Positions 10,886-23,920 of a stretch of 64,000 nucleotides of DNA are shown one piece after another (the stretch's first letter is position 1; each line of letters starts with the position of its first letter). Source of the stretch: Octopus bimaculoides. Its lineage: Eukaryota. The translations under genes were made by a program, and so were the position numbers. The notes beneath the pieces were generated by a model. It was not told where the DNA came from. It worked only from the letters and a program-made list of their open reading frames with translations, and ran no database searches. The stretch lies in assembly GCF_001194135.2 (NCBI RefSeq), contig NC_068981.1, positions 179,468,363 through 179,532,362 on the forward strand, read 5' to 3'.

Positions 10886-12755
10886 GTTTCTGTGTGTGCA
10901 TATGTATATACACGTTCATTTGTGTATGTATGTGTTTGCAGGTGTGCGTGTGTGTGTGTGTGTATCTGCGTGCGTGGTCAAACTGACTCCCTCTATCGAA
11001 TTCCACTTACTAGAGTGCATTAGAAGACACTTGTGCCGTTTGGTTGAATCAAGTCACCAATCACGATGTTGCCACCGGAATCTCTTACCACAAAAACCTG
11101 CCTGGGCTTATTGGTGTATATCTTGTCAATGCATTTGAATAAGATGCATTTTCTTCACACTCCTCAAACTACCCTTTGCGTCATATCTCTATTCAGAACA
11201 AAAACATTGCACTAACATTACATAAATTGATTATGAGGATAACAGAAAAAAATATCTTTGAAATATATAAAAAGCCTCATAGGCTATTCGGTCTTTCTAA
11301 CCTTCTTTGGACGCTTTATATTTACGGCTGACATTAAATGCAAGTGAGTGTAATAGTGTCTTTATAGAAGATATTTTAGGTGAGAAAATAACAGAAAAAT
11401 TGCAACACTAACAAAAGAAAACGAAAATAAATCTCCCAGCAAGTAATTTCAAATGCTAGAAATAATAGCTGAATCTTAATTAAATTATATTTTTACGGTC
11501 TCAAGATTGACAGACAAAATTTGATAATGCAGGCTAGACACACTGTCTGAAGAATAGAAAGCTTTTGAACATAAGTCTCCTCGATCTTGGTTGAATTGAG
11601 GCCAAACAACAACGACGGCGACGACAACGAATTGTGTTAGTACGGAGTCCACTCATTGCGCCACTGTATTTGCATGAAACCAAAATAGAACAATGAATTA
11701 AGCGTTTTATTTGTAAACCAAGTGATAAATAAAAAGCGTTCGATTTTAATGACCTACTCACATCAGTACGGCTTTAGTCCAATTATAACACAAATGTCTC
11801 TATAGATAATAGATAATTTATTGCAAATTAAACGAACAAATTTAGCAAAATACCTCATAATTGGGGAAATAAGACTGTGAAAATGCAAGTACATGAAGAA
11901 GAAAAAGAGGAAATGATTTGATGAATACCAGTCTTGTAATGTCAAATAATTAGTGAAGATAATTGAAGGTCATTGAACGTTGACAAATTGTTCTATTTCG
12001 TTGGATTAGCAATTTTGTGAGATAAATTGTAAAAGACGAATACAAAGGAAGAAATAGTTGAAATAAAAGTTAGATGATTCACCTGTGAAAAAAGATGTCA
12101 GATATTGAACTCTGCAATGTATGTATGTATATCTATGTATGTATACAAGCAATTATATATGCATCTATTTATATATATATATATATATATATNNNNNNNN
12201 NNNNNNNNNNNNNNNNNNNNNNNNNNNNNNNNNNNNNNNNNNNNNNNNNNNNNNNNNNNNNNNNNNNNNNNNNNNNNNNNNNNNNNNNNNNNNNNNNNNN
12301 NNNNNNNNNNNNNNNNNNNNNNNNNNNNNNNNNNNNNNNNNNNNNNNNNNNNNNNNNNNNNNNNNNNNNNNNNNNNNNNNNNNNNNNNNNNNNNNNNNNN
12401 NNNNNNNNNNNNNNNNNNNNNNNNNNNNNNNNNNNNNNNNNNNNNNNNNNNNNNNNNNNNNNNNNNNNNNNNNNNNNNNNNNNNNNNNNNNNNNNNNNNN
12501 NNNNNNNNNNNNNNNNNNNNNNNNNNNNNNNNNNNNNNNNNNNNNNNNNNNNNNNNNNNNNNNNNNNNNNNNNNNNNNNNNNNNNNNNNNNNNNNNNNNN
12601 NNNNNNNNNNNNNNNNNNNNNNNNNNNNNNNNNNNNNNNNNNNNNNNNNNNNNNNNNNNNNNNNNNNNNNNNNNNNNNNNNNNNNNNNNNNNNNNNNNNN
12701 NNNNNNNNNNNNNNNNNNNNNNNNNNNNNNNNNNNNNNNNNNNNNNNNNNNNNNN

Positions 12756-12786
<31 letters not shown>

Positions 12787-13638
12787 ATATAAATATCTGG
12801 CGATCGCAAATACATTCTGAAATATAGGTGCTCTTGCCCCCGTGAATTCAGTAATTTAACGAAAGATGTGAAGTACATTTCGCCGCCTCCTTTTTGATTG
12901 GTATAAACATACACTTATACACTCCGGAAGAAAGAAGAACAGCAATATCGAACCTAGCAGGATTTGAAATCAGAACTTAAAATCCTATATCTTAACACCA
13001 CAGGCTATTCTGCCTGTGGTTTTTTTCTTATCCTATCAGCAATTTATCTTTTAGGATTATTAATTGTAAAGATAGTGACGCCATTAATTGCTGTATTGTT
13101 TATGATTTTCAGGATTGTGATAATAATAGCTGTGGCAGTTATTATTCTTTTATTGTTGTTTATCTTTGTGTTGGGGGGTATAAATATTGGTAATGGGAAG
13201 TAGATGACTCATTGAAAGGATAACGGGATGGATTAACCAAAGTACTGATATCAATGGAGAGAAATGTTAGAGATAAAAAAAATCCCTAAATTTTTATTGA
13301 TATTACCCTTAACTACGTAATAAAAATTTGATGCATTAGAGAATAGATATTGAACGAGTAGTTTGATAAAAGTAAACTAATGTGAATTACTTGTTACATT
13401 AGCTTCTACCACAATGATATATATGCAGCTGTTCCTAATGATGATTAATAATCGACCTAATATCGAAATTAGTTGATAATTAGTAAACCTATCAACGCAA
13501 AGATAAATCGTAATATAATGATAAAGAACTACGACTTCTGTACACTTTTTAATAATGTTCTAACATTCATTGCTCAGATTCGAACAAGGGCACTGATTTT
13601 CAGGTAAGAGCGGCAATATTATATATCATGTTGTGAGT

Positions 13639-13777
13639 CCCAAGACACCTAATGAAAGCTGGAGGGTATATCAGCCGAAATGTTGTGTTCATAACAAACA
13701 AGATGAAGACAAATATCCGTCAGATGTAAATAATGTAAATAATGTACATAATTCCTCGTCTTTTAAATATAGAACTG
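13639..13777 (+). mobile_element. Solo, decayed tail of the same hammerhead-bearing element
   Basis: Aligns with 61756-61898 (caagacacc...tcagccgaaa...aaatatccgtc...tatagaactg). The core carries G5A, G10.1A and C15.2U changes. Confidence 0.8.
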
Positions 13778-14543
13778 AAATAAGTTAACCTTCGTGGAAG
13801 TTGAGCCCAAAATATAAATACCTCGCGTAATTTGTCCGATGCTCAAACGATGCTATTTATTCAAAGGGCCCTCAGATTGTATAAATGAAGCAGTAATATT
13901 TCATTGAATTATAGGAATCGACTAATATGAATTACGATCAACGGAACAGCCTGCTCGTACAATTAACGTGCAAGTGGCTGAGTACTCCAAATATACATGC
14001 ACCTTTAACGTCGTTCTCCGAGAAGTTCATCGCGAGAGAGAATGAGACAAGGCTGGCCATTTGAAGCACAGGTGCAATTCAGTTTTGCCAGCTGAGTGAA
14101 CTGGAGCAAGGTGAAATAAAGTGTCAGGGACACAACGTGCTGCCGGGAATCGAACACGGGACCTTACGCCCGTGAACCGAATATCGTAAACACTATGCTA
14201 TGCACCTTCTTTCTCCCCTCTCTCTCCTCTCTCCCTCTCTCTAGATATATACATACACACACATATATATATATGTACAAACACGTCGTTTTATTATCTT
14301 ATATTCAAGTTTAAGCAAATTAACAGTATTAGTTTTTAGGTTAAAATTATATGAATATGCTTAAGATTATATCATTTTAAACATTAATGGATTAACTTAC
14401 TTTATTTAAGAATATTCCTCCGTATAGAATATAACCAGTTTGCTTAATGGATAAATCCTCGCAAACATCTAAGTTGATATTTTATATCCATGATCTACGT
14501 ATGTATGTGTGTATGTATGTATGTATGTATGTATGTATGTATG

Positions 14544-14584
<41 letters not shown>

Positions 14585-16204
14585 CTGTCTCTGTGTGTGT
14601 ATCCTATCAAATTGCATTATTACGTTAACCGATTTAGTTTTAAGTTGGTTACACGATCTTTGTTGCAAAATCCATATGAAATAAGGTTTTCAAAGATACT
14701 GTTGTATAGACATCCACAAATTCAAATGGAAATGATGATTCAATTGAAATGAGGACAACTGATATTTATTTCATTACATTTAAGGAAAGCCGTTCAGCAT
14801 TCACATCAAACATAATTAACTGAAACAACTGGGGAGTAAGGCATTCGCAGACCAAGCAAATAATCTGGAATTAAAATAATTAATTGCTTTGTAAAACAGG
14901 GAGAATAATCTAGCAGTAAATATCTACTCCATGTTGAAATATATGCAGCTTCATTTGAATATTAAATGTTTGTTCCTAAGTATTGAGAGGATATTCAATA
15001 TATATTAGCAAATAAGGCATAAAGCCAAATATTATTATTCATTACATACAGATCAAAAATTAAAAAAATATATTTTAAAAACCCGCGGTAAAGTATGATA
15101 TTGAAATATATAACATGAAATAAAAATATCTCCACCGCCACTCAGAATAAACTCCATTGTTTTGTTAACATGAAACATGCCCCTTTAAGTCAAGCTATGA
15201 ATTCACAGAGATATTGTCTTAAAGAAATAGCGTTGGTTTAGTTTTCTTTCGAATATAATGAAATGTGATCTGATTTAACATGCTGTACAGAAATCCTGTG
15301 CTATTAACTGTTATTTGGGAATAATTATTTGATAGCATGACTACTATCAATTTGTTTTCATAATGTTACTACACTCTGCTTTCGCCGCACTACAAATGTT
15401 TTGCTTTGTGATTTTAGTTATACCGTAGGGGAATTTAGCTTCAAATCCTGCATAAAAAGAGCGGCAAGTAACGATACAATTCGCATTATATTACGTGATA
15501 TAAGATTTCGAAATTAAATAAAGGTAATTATTGTGATTACGATAGTAGTAGTGTGGATCACAGTCATTCAAATACGCAGATCAGAATAATTAAGGAACTC
15601 TAAGCGATTAATTGCATAACTGTTAATATGAATGGAAGTTAGTGCGTCATAGATCCTGGTAATTGTTTTCATAAAGAGTGTGTCAACAGGTCATGATCAA
15701 TAATACTTTCATTAAGGAAGTTTTGTGTGAATTTTTTCACTATGGCGAAGATACTTATTGCGTATTAGCCACTTTGCTAGGTGTACATAGACAAATACTG
15801 TACACACACACATATACTTGCATACATACACAAACACATACACAAACACATACATAATACATGCATACATACATACATACATGCATGCATGCACATACAT
15901 ACATGCATGCATACATACATACATACTCACACATACATATGTAAATACTCACAAACACACACATATATATATAGTAATTATAATTGTTATATTTACCCAT
16001 CGCTACACCTACACAACGGTTTTATCGTCGAGAAGCCAGGATTTCCTACACCTGAATAATTTCGGTATTAGTCTGTTGATAGCCAAGAACTCGGATTGAG
16101 TGTTTCTCTGGAAAGACCCTAACTTTATAGCCTATCAGGACCTTATACATACATACATACATACATAATACACACATATATATACATATGCATACACAAA
16201 CACG

Positions 16205-16527
16205 TGAAGGCGCGTGGCTTAGTGGTTAAGGATTTCGGTTCACGATCGTAAGGTTGTGAGTTCAATTCCCGGCGACGCGTTGTGTCCTTGAGCAAGACAC
16301 TTTATTTCACGTTGCTCCAGTCAACTCAGCTGGCGAAAATGAGTAGTACCTGTATTTCAAAGGGCCGGCCTTGTCAAACTCTGTGTCACGCTGAATCTCC
16401 CTGAGAACTACGTTAGGGGTACACGTGACTGTGGATTGCTCAGTCACTTGCACGTTAATTTCACGAGCAGGCTGTCCCGTTGATCGCATCAGCTGGGACC
16501 CTCGTCGTCGTAACCGACGGAGTGCTC
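16205..16527 (+). mobile_element. SINE family 3 variant: different head and CORE-like centre, same 3' tail
   Basis: ggcgcgtggcttagtggttaagg...gagttcaattcc...gtccttgagcaagacac...ttgctccagtcaactcagctg, then the family 3 tail. Related decayed copies at about 13935-14205 (minus) and 1985-2150 (plus). Confidence 0.85.
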
Positions 16528-16528
<1 letters not shown>

Positions 16529-16624
<96 letters not shown>

Positions 16625-16660
16625 CGCACACACAAACATACACACACACGCACACACACA
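16529..16660. repeat. (CA)n microsatellite; one of many (CA)n, (TA)n and (TACA)n tracts, e.g. 1-71, 910-1022, 17580-17750, 41510-41650, 63475-63605
   Basis: Direct reading. Confidence 0.95.
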
Positions 16661-17086
16661 TATGGTTGGGATGGTTTTGGTTAGATACTTCCGAAGAGAA
16701 GTTTGTAAAACAAAAGTTATTTTTCCTGAGGTAATTAAAATGCTTATATCTGGGAGTGCTGCAATGGATATATTATCTCGGAAATATTATCTCACTCTCT
16801 GTATATGAACTGCATGCTAGTAGATTCCCCACCAAAGAGGATCTCAGCACCTCACCTGAAGAATATACATAGTCAACATAAGTGCGACGTCCTTCCTCAG
16901 GTCAACAACATACAGCATTTCATAATAACAAATAACGTACAGCATACGAAGCCCGTTACCGTTAGTAAAAACAAAAATTACATCCCCGAACAATTCTACC
17001 CAGATGAAAATCCATCGAACAAATGCATGCTTGAATCATAGAAGAAAATCATGTAGACTGTCCTTAAGCCATTTGTCCACACTCAC

Positions 17087-17330
17087 CGTGAAACTAATAT
17101 AATCACGGTTGAGCAAGAAGCTAGGAAGAAAGGAGTTTGGTGACGTACTAAGCAACTTTTGATAAACAAAGCAGTGATGTCTGAAATGCAATGGATGCAA
17201 TGCTTTCTCTTTCTGGATGGTAGATAACCTCTGACTTGCTAAAGGTTCAGAGATTATAATGAAGTCAATTGACGAAATGACATCGTCATGGATTACCACT
17301 CGGAAGACAAATACCGGAAGTGATTCTATA
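17087..17330 (-). promoter_or_regulatory. Candidate internal promoter with 5' exon
   Basis: ETS/GABP consensus ACCGGAAGTG at 17313-17322 and a second CGGAAG at 17301-17306. Donor ACG|gtgagt at 17086; alternative acceptor tttcag at 17181. Confidence 0.3.
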
Positions 17331-17594
17331 GATAGGATAAATTATCGCAGGCTTATACTCCGAAGCGACAGGGATGCTACTTACATTTTTAGTAACTACA
17401 CTACGCATTTTAATGAGGAAATCTGAAGGTGATGTGATTAAAGTACGAGATTACATGAAGTCATAGTAAATTTTACTCTATTCTTAGTATTGAGTCCTCC
17501 CATTGGCTAACGTTCTATTGCTGCTCCCGAAGTCACTACACAAAGATATACCTCACCGTCACACAAGCACATGCGCGCAAAGGCACGTATATAT

Positions 17595-17656
<62 letters not shown>

Positions 17657-17657
17657 G

Positions 17658-17727
<70 letters not shown>

Positions 17728-18194
17728 CATATATATAAGTATATATATACATGTATGTGTTAGTGTGTATGTTTATGTATATCTACCTGTCTATTTACAT
17801 ATGTTTATGCATACATTCGTATGTATGCATGTATACGATACCTATATAAGAAGATTAGTCTATACATGCATATCTGCTTTTTATAGATATCATATTTTGA
17901 AAAATTCACTTGCCAAATTTGCTGACAGCAGCAACTCCTTGTGACAATCCTTTCTTTGAGAATCCACAATAAAATTAATTGAGAGAATGGCGACACATGC
18001 TCCAATTACGTTCATTTTAGAAATTGTTCTTTCTTCTAGTGCGTAATAATCTCTTTCGTCTTCTTTTTCACTGTCTTTAATTTTCACTTCCACAAAAATA
18101 CACAAACTCAAGCATACGCATGCATACTTTTAACAATACCATACACACAAGTGTATTTATGTACGCATGTATACGTATGTATCTATGCATAAAT

Positions 18195-18270
<76 letters not shown>

Positions 18271-18473
18271 GTATATGCATATACATACATATGTGTGTTT
18301 AAATAAATAGATATGTACNNNNNNNNNNNNNNNNNNNNNNNNNNNNNNNNNNNNNNNNNNNNNNNNNNNNNNNNNNNNNNNNNNNNNNNNNNNNNNNNNN
18401 NNNNNNNNNNNNNNNNNNNNNNNNNNNNNNNNNNNNNNNNNNNNNNNNNNNNNNNNNNNNNNNNNNNNNNNNN

Positions 18474-18508
<35 letters not shown>

Positions 18509-20769
18509 ATATATATGCCGAGAAAGAGGGAGAAAACGCGTATATATATAATATTTATATGTGTGTATGCATTTTATGTTCATCTTAAGTCGCATGTTAA
18601 AGTGCATGTGAGTGTAGGCATGCGTTTGCTAATATCCAAAATCCAATACCTCTCTATACGAACGTGTTTAAATACATACATGTATATGTGTGAAAGGGAA
18701 TCCGTAATTAGTTTTGTGCACGCTTTTATACCAATGTTTTTGTGTGTATTTATATGTGCGCATTTATGTACGATTTTTGTCATACATATTTGAAATTTAT
18801 TCGTCTATTTTTCTAGTGTTTATAACAATAGTATATTTTCGAAAATCAGCTAATTACTTTATCTTAATTATAAATTAATTAATTAATCAAATGCTCGAAG
18901 TATGTTGTTTGTGCAGTCTAATTACGATAATTATCCAGAAACATTTACATAAAATACTATTTGGCACGCATGTGCGATATATAATGTTGCTGATGCAAAA
19001 GAAATCTTATAGACTTGCTAAAACACTTTGAAGCATTAAGTTAGTCGTTACCTTTAAACGGTTTACGACAAGGTAAAAAGTCGTGACTCAACTGTAAAAT
19101 CGTCAATATTTATACGAATAAAATTAAGAAGCAATAAAACCTGTAGTTCATAGTGATACTTTCTATATATAATTTCTGGTTAAATGTAATATAGATTTCT
19201 AGATAACTTACGGTTAGTAATTCTTAATGTTATTCTATTGCACTCTTTTTTTATTGAACAAAATCTAGACAAGTGGTAATGTGAAACAGTTGGTGAGACA
19301 TTGAATAACTTCGTCTCTGTGCCGCATGTGAGTTTATCTTATACACATTCCCTTATACGTCAGACAAACATGAATACAAGCAACCACACAGGCTTATGCA
19401 TATGCACGTATGTATCTCTGAATTTCAAGAGATGATTTCAACTTCATACAATATATTGTTACTTCGAAAGTGAACTCAGTAGAATGAAATACAAACGTAC
19501 TTTAAATGGACTATGCATATAACTTTTAAATATTTCGATCTTCTTGAAGATACTAAACTGATATCTTACGTTTTATAACAAATCAAGATAGTTGTGTCCA
19601 TGGATCGTCAATGAAATCTTTTTCCTGTTGTAACATTCTCTACAGGTTTATACCACATTTTAGAAAATAAATAAAAGCTGTCTTTTAAACATAGTTTTGG
19701 TATGTTAAAATCATTTAACTAATATTCTTTCATAATGATTTCCTAAGCCATTGTGCTGTGAATATATGTCTGCACACGTCGCTCTTGCAGCTTCTTATAA
19801 ATGCCAATGCAAATCACTTGCTTAGCTATTTATTTTGCCTGTATATAATTAGGTTAAGCATTTTAAGTTAAATACGATTTAACCGTCTCCTAATACATTT
19901 GTTTCTAAATCTTTATTCTATATTAACCAAAATTTAGTTTAAAAAAACATGGTGAACATAACAAAAAGAGGTTGAATATAAATGATGGCTCATAAATAAC
20001 GAACAAGGTGATGTTAAAAAAATCTCTTATTCACTGACAAAACATACTTTTATTGAGAAGCGAAAATTTGGGTAATTCATTTATAAAATAAATTTCTCAG
20101 AGTGTAAATTATCATGGATCTTTATTTCTTATTATTGTGCATCAACTAATTGCGCAAATTACCCGTTACTTTATTGAAACATAATAATAAATAGTAGCTT
20201 TTATCATATATCTTATCTCCCTTTTCTTTCCTAAAACACTTTCTTCTTTCTCTCTTCCCTTCTATAATGAAATATGATAAAATTAGCAAACCCTTAGTTA
20301 TTTAGTACTAAAAAGAATTAACCGAGTCGAGATAGTAGCAATCAACGAATATTACAAACTGTATGGTGGAAACAAGAAAGAAAATAAACTGTAATTAAAT
20401 GTATGCATAAAGATTATATATATTTCAATGCATTAAACACAAATTTAGTTCACTATCGAAAAAAGTAAAACAATATAGGCTTCCGACAATATTATTCTCT
20501 CCCTTGCAATAGAATTGAATAATCAATAAAACAACTTATCATAGTAGCTAGTATGTGATTTGAGGTAGGTTAGGATAACAATTATACTGGATTTTACATC
20601 CTTATAATCATCATATTTAAAATGAATGGATTCGTTTAATGTTTGTATACACTGCAAAATGTTTGGTATTTTCAGTCATGGTTGTGCTAGTAAGAAGTTT
20701 GTGTCACAAATTTGTGGTCTCGTGTTCTATCTCAGCGAACAGTTAAATGAGTATGCATCTTTAAACATA

Positions 20770-21150
20770 ACTTCGACTTCACCAAAAGCTTCTGAATGAA
20801 ATCTGGTAGATGGAATCTGTACGGAAGCACGCCAGATCGGGCATTCCTTTTCTTGGATAGTCGAGTCAATCCGTCGCCTGGCTTAATACCACGATCTAAT
20901 GCTTGTAAATTGCAAGCGTTCTTCCACCATTCTTGGAGGTCCGGGAAAATATCATGGAAGCAGATTTTGAGAAAGAATAACCAAAGCCATATGATCTACG
21001 CTGTCTGAATCGAGGCGTCAGCCGATTTTTGACGAAAATGCGATTTGTAATGGAGTCTGTTCATTTTGATTGCCTCATTAACTCTACTGATAAATTTATT
21101 AATCTGACATAATCCTACTTCGTTATCCTTTCAAAACATGAAACATTTAC
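20770..21150 (-). mobile_element. Possible very decayed mariner transposase N-terminal fragment
   Basis: GC-richer island. Broken minus-strand frames give FVKNRLTP, HDIF/PGPPR and KKRNAR, weakly like mariner HTH and linker motifs. Confidence 0.3.
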
Positions 21151-21405
21151 AAATGTTGTGTAGCAAGAAAATCTGTTGTGGAAGGTTTAATAACCATGTG
21201 ATATATTTTAAAATGTATCGCGGAATATATTAATATATTCTAGGTCATATTTCACACAAAATGGATTGTACTCATTATTATATTCTATGTCATGAAATAC
21301 TATGTTCGAATAACAGCAATCAAGCGTGTGCGCATGTGCGTATGTATGCATGTTTGCGCGCGTGCGTACATGTGTGTTAGTATGTGTATGTATCTTTTTA
21401 TGTTT

Positions 21406-22235
21406 TATCTTTTACTTGTTTTCGTCATTTGACTGCAACCATGCCGGGGCACCACCTTCGAGAATTCTTAGTAGAATGAATGGAGTCTAGTAGTTATTTT
21501 GTCTGTTTTTAAAGCCTGGTACTAATTCTAACTATCACTTTTGACGAACTGCTAGGTTACGGTAACGTAAACACACCGACGCAAACACAGACACAAAGAC
21601 AGGCACACTGTGGGACTGAAGCAGGAAGCATGTGGTTAGGATGCAAGCTTCTAACAACACATCCACGCTTGCGTCATATATACGTAGGAATACAGATACC
21701 GTTTAGCCTACTGTTGTATTTTTGATTTGTATTTTAAGAATACACACAATAGCTTTTCTCTTGTCACTTAAATATTATCAAAAACATATTACAGTGTATG
21801 CTTCTTCTGCCCAATATTCTTTCCTGTTATTCTTTTACTTCTTTCAATCATTTGACTATGGCCATGCTGGAGCACCGTCTTGAAGATATCTAGTCCAACA
21901 AATTAACCACAGTACTTACATTTTTCTTAAGCCTAGTACTTATTATATCGGTCACTTTTGCCGAACTGCTTGATTACGGGGACATAAACACACACACACC
22001 GGTTGTCAAACGGCGATGGGGAGAACAAATACAGACACAAAGACACCCCCCCCACACACACACACACAAGACGTGCTTCTTTTAGTTTTCGTCAACGAAA
22101 TCCACTAATAAGTTTTCGGTCGGCTAGAGGCTACAGTAGAATGCACTTGCACAATGTTTTACACAGTGGGACTGAAGACGGAAAAATGTAGTTGGGAAGT
22201 ATGCATCTTACCACTCAACCATGTCTGTACCTGAT
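21406..22235 (-). mobile_element. Two SINE family 2 copies
   Basis: ttttacttgttt..gtcatttgactg..ccatgc at about 21410 and 21835; heads end ..cttaccact..accatg. Confidence 0.8.
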
Positions 22236-22394
22236 GTGTCACAAAATTCTAAAGTTTGACTAAATTTGTCATATTGTATAATATTATATGCTATATATTG
22301 CTTTCCTCTCTTCAATAAATGAATTATGCTGTAATAAAATTTTAATATCAATAATATTATTTTTATGGCCCTAAGTACACACTCACAGACTCAC

Positions 22395-22565
22395 TTATAT
22401 CAGTGATTTTTGGGAACCTTGGTTATCTAACTATCTGGTTTAGTAATAATCTAGGGAAACTAGTTTCGCGAAGGCAAAAAGATCACGGCGATTGGCAAAA
22501 TTACGGTTACAAACGGTTAACGGAACGGTAAAAATATGCAAGAATTTCCCAGAGGTTTTGCGTAT
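22395..22565 (+). mobile_element. Older diverged R4/Dong-like 3'-end fragment
   Basis: ISVIFGNLGYLTIWFSNNLGKL, then a frameshift, then FAKAKRSRRLAKLRLQTVNGTVKICKNF; matches the C-terminus encoded at 30378-30530. Confidence 0.7.
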
Positions 22566-22605
22566 AATATATCACAGATGTATGTTTATATACGAATACA
22601 TAACA

Positions 22606-22656
<51 letters not shown>

Positions 22657-23699
22657 GTGAGTCAAAATACAGGAGTTTGCATGAAATGCATGCTTACTAC
22701 CAAATATTACCATGCATTCATAACTGTGCAGGTACAAATATTCTTACATAGATATATGGCGGATTGTTTCTCTGCTACAAGGAAAATAAACTCAATAAGA
22801 AATACAAAAGCACACGTTAACATACTTACACACTCACACACATAGACACAAACACACATAAACATTTATACACATCTGCATAGTTTATGAAGTCAAATCT
22901 TTGAGAATTTATAACTGGGGTTAAGACGCATTGTATTTGGAAATCAAGTTATAGGCCGGCGCAGCAACTGGTGACGTCATCAGTAGTCCACAATACAGAA
23001 TATGTAATAATACATAATGATTATTTCTTTCAGCTATGTATAGGGATAAATTTCGTAGAAGTTGAACCAACTCTATTCAAACTGATGCGATTATTTTATC
23101 GATCTGAGTGGGATTTGAACTAACAAAACAATTAAAGTGAATGAGTTAAACATTGTTAGATATTTCCTACAATACTCTACCGTTTCTATTAATCTACTGC
23201 CCTCATAATACGCGGGAATAAAAATTTCAATCGATTACCAAAAGCTATGTTCTTTCAATGTAGAAGTGATATGATCCATTGAATCGGATCTAGTACTTGG
23301 TTGCTTTTTAATTTATCAACGTCTGTACAAAAGGAAGTCAAAGTTATGTCGAGGAGATGTAAACTCTGAGAGCACAGAGGTACGAGGATGAAATTACATG
23401 CCGTTATGTAGCACACAAAAAAAGCAGCGAGCTGGCACAATCGCTATGACGCTGGACAAAATATCACAAATCATCGAGGCCGACTTTGCCTTTTGTCATC
23501 AAGAGGTCATTGTGCTGATATAGTAGATATACTGCGCGTAGAAGAAAATATTACATAGCACAATGTCAATTACGTCACACACATAATGCTGTATATTGGC
23601 AAAATATATTTTTTATTATTGCCGAACAATAATGTCCAGTAAGGGTTAAAAGTACACATTTGGTTACTTAGGTAGAACATAATACTTTGAAGTGGTCAG

Positions 23700-23920
23700 T
23701 GACTAAACCGGCTCACCAACTTGAGTGGCTTGCTACTCTTCTAAGAAGGGTGTCTGGTTACACTGCAACCCTAAAAGCAAAACCTGTCGAATGCTGGAGG
23801 AACTCCTTGTGAGCCAACGGTGATCCAGTGGGGNNNNNNNNNNNNGGGGGGGGGGGGAAGCAATGGTAAACCATCCCAATACCTCTAGCAAGAAAACGTT
23901 ACGAAAAATCAGAAGAAAGT
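23700..23920 (+). mobile_element. Possible RTE-clade-related fragment
   Basis: ggaagcaatggtaaaccatcccaatacctctagcaagaaaac resembles the RTE/BovB motif GGCAAxCCACTCCAGTATTCTTGCC. Confidence 0.4.

Noticed and set aside
12880-12935. CCAAT/TATA/ETS motif cluster
   Set aside because: Short motifs in mixed orientation beside a gap, with no associated exon; expected by chance.
12964-13203. Hydrophobic, membrane-protein-like ORF
   Set aside because: AT-rich degenerate (ATT/GTT) sequence with a non-ATG start and no family motif.
16307-16808. HT/CV/YI-repeat ORFs here and at many other sites
   Set aside because: Translations of (CA)n, (TG)n and (TA)n plus SINE sequence.
23770-23880. HDV-like ribozyme at the RTE-like fragment
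   Set aside because: I could not build P1/P2/P3 pairings, and a gap interrupts the region.
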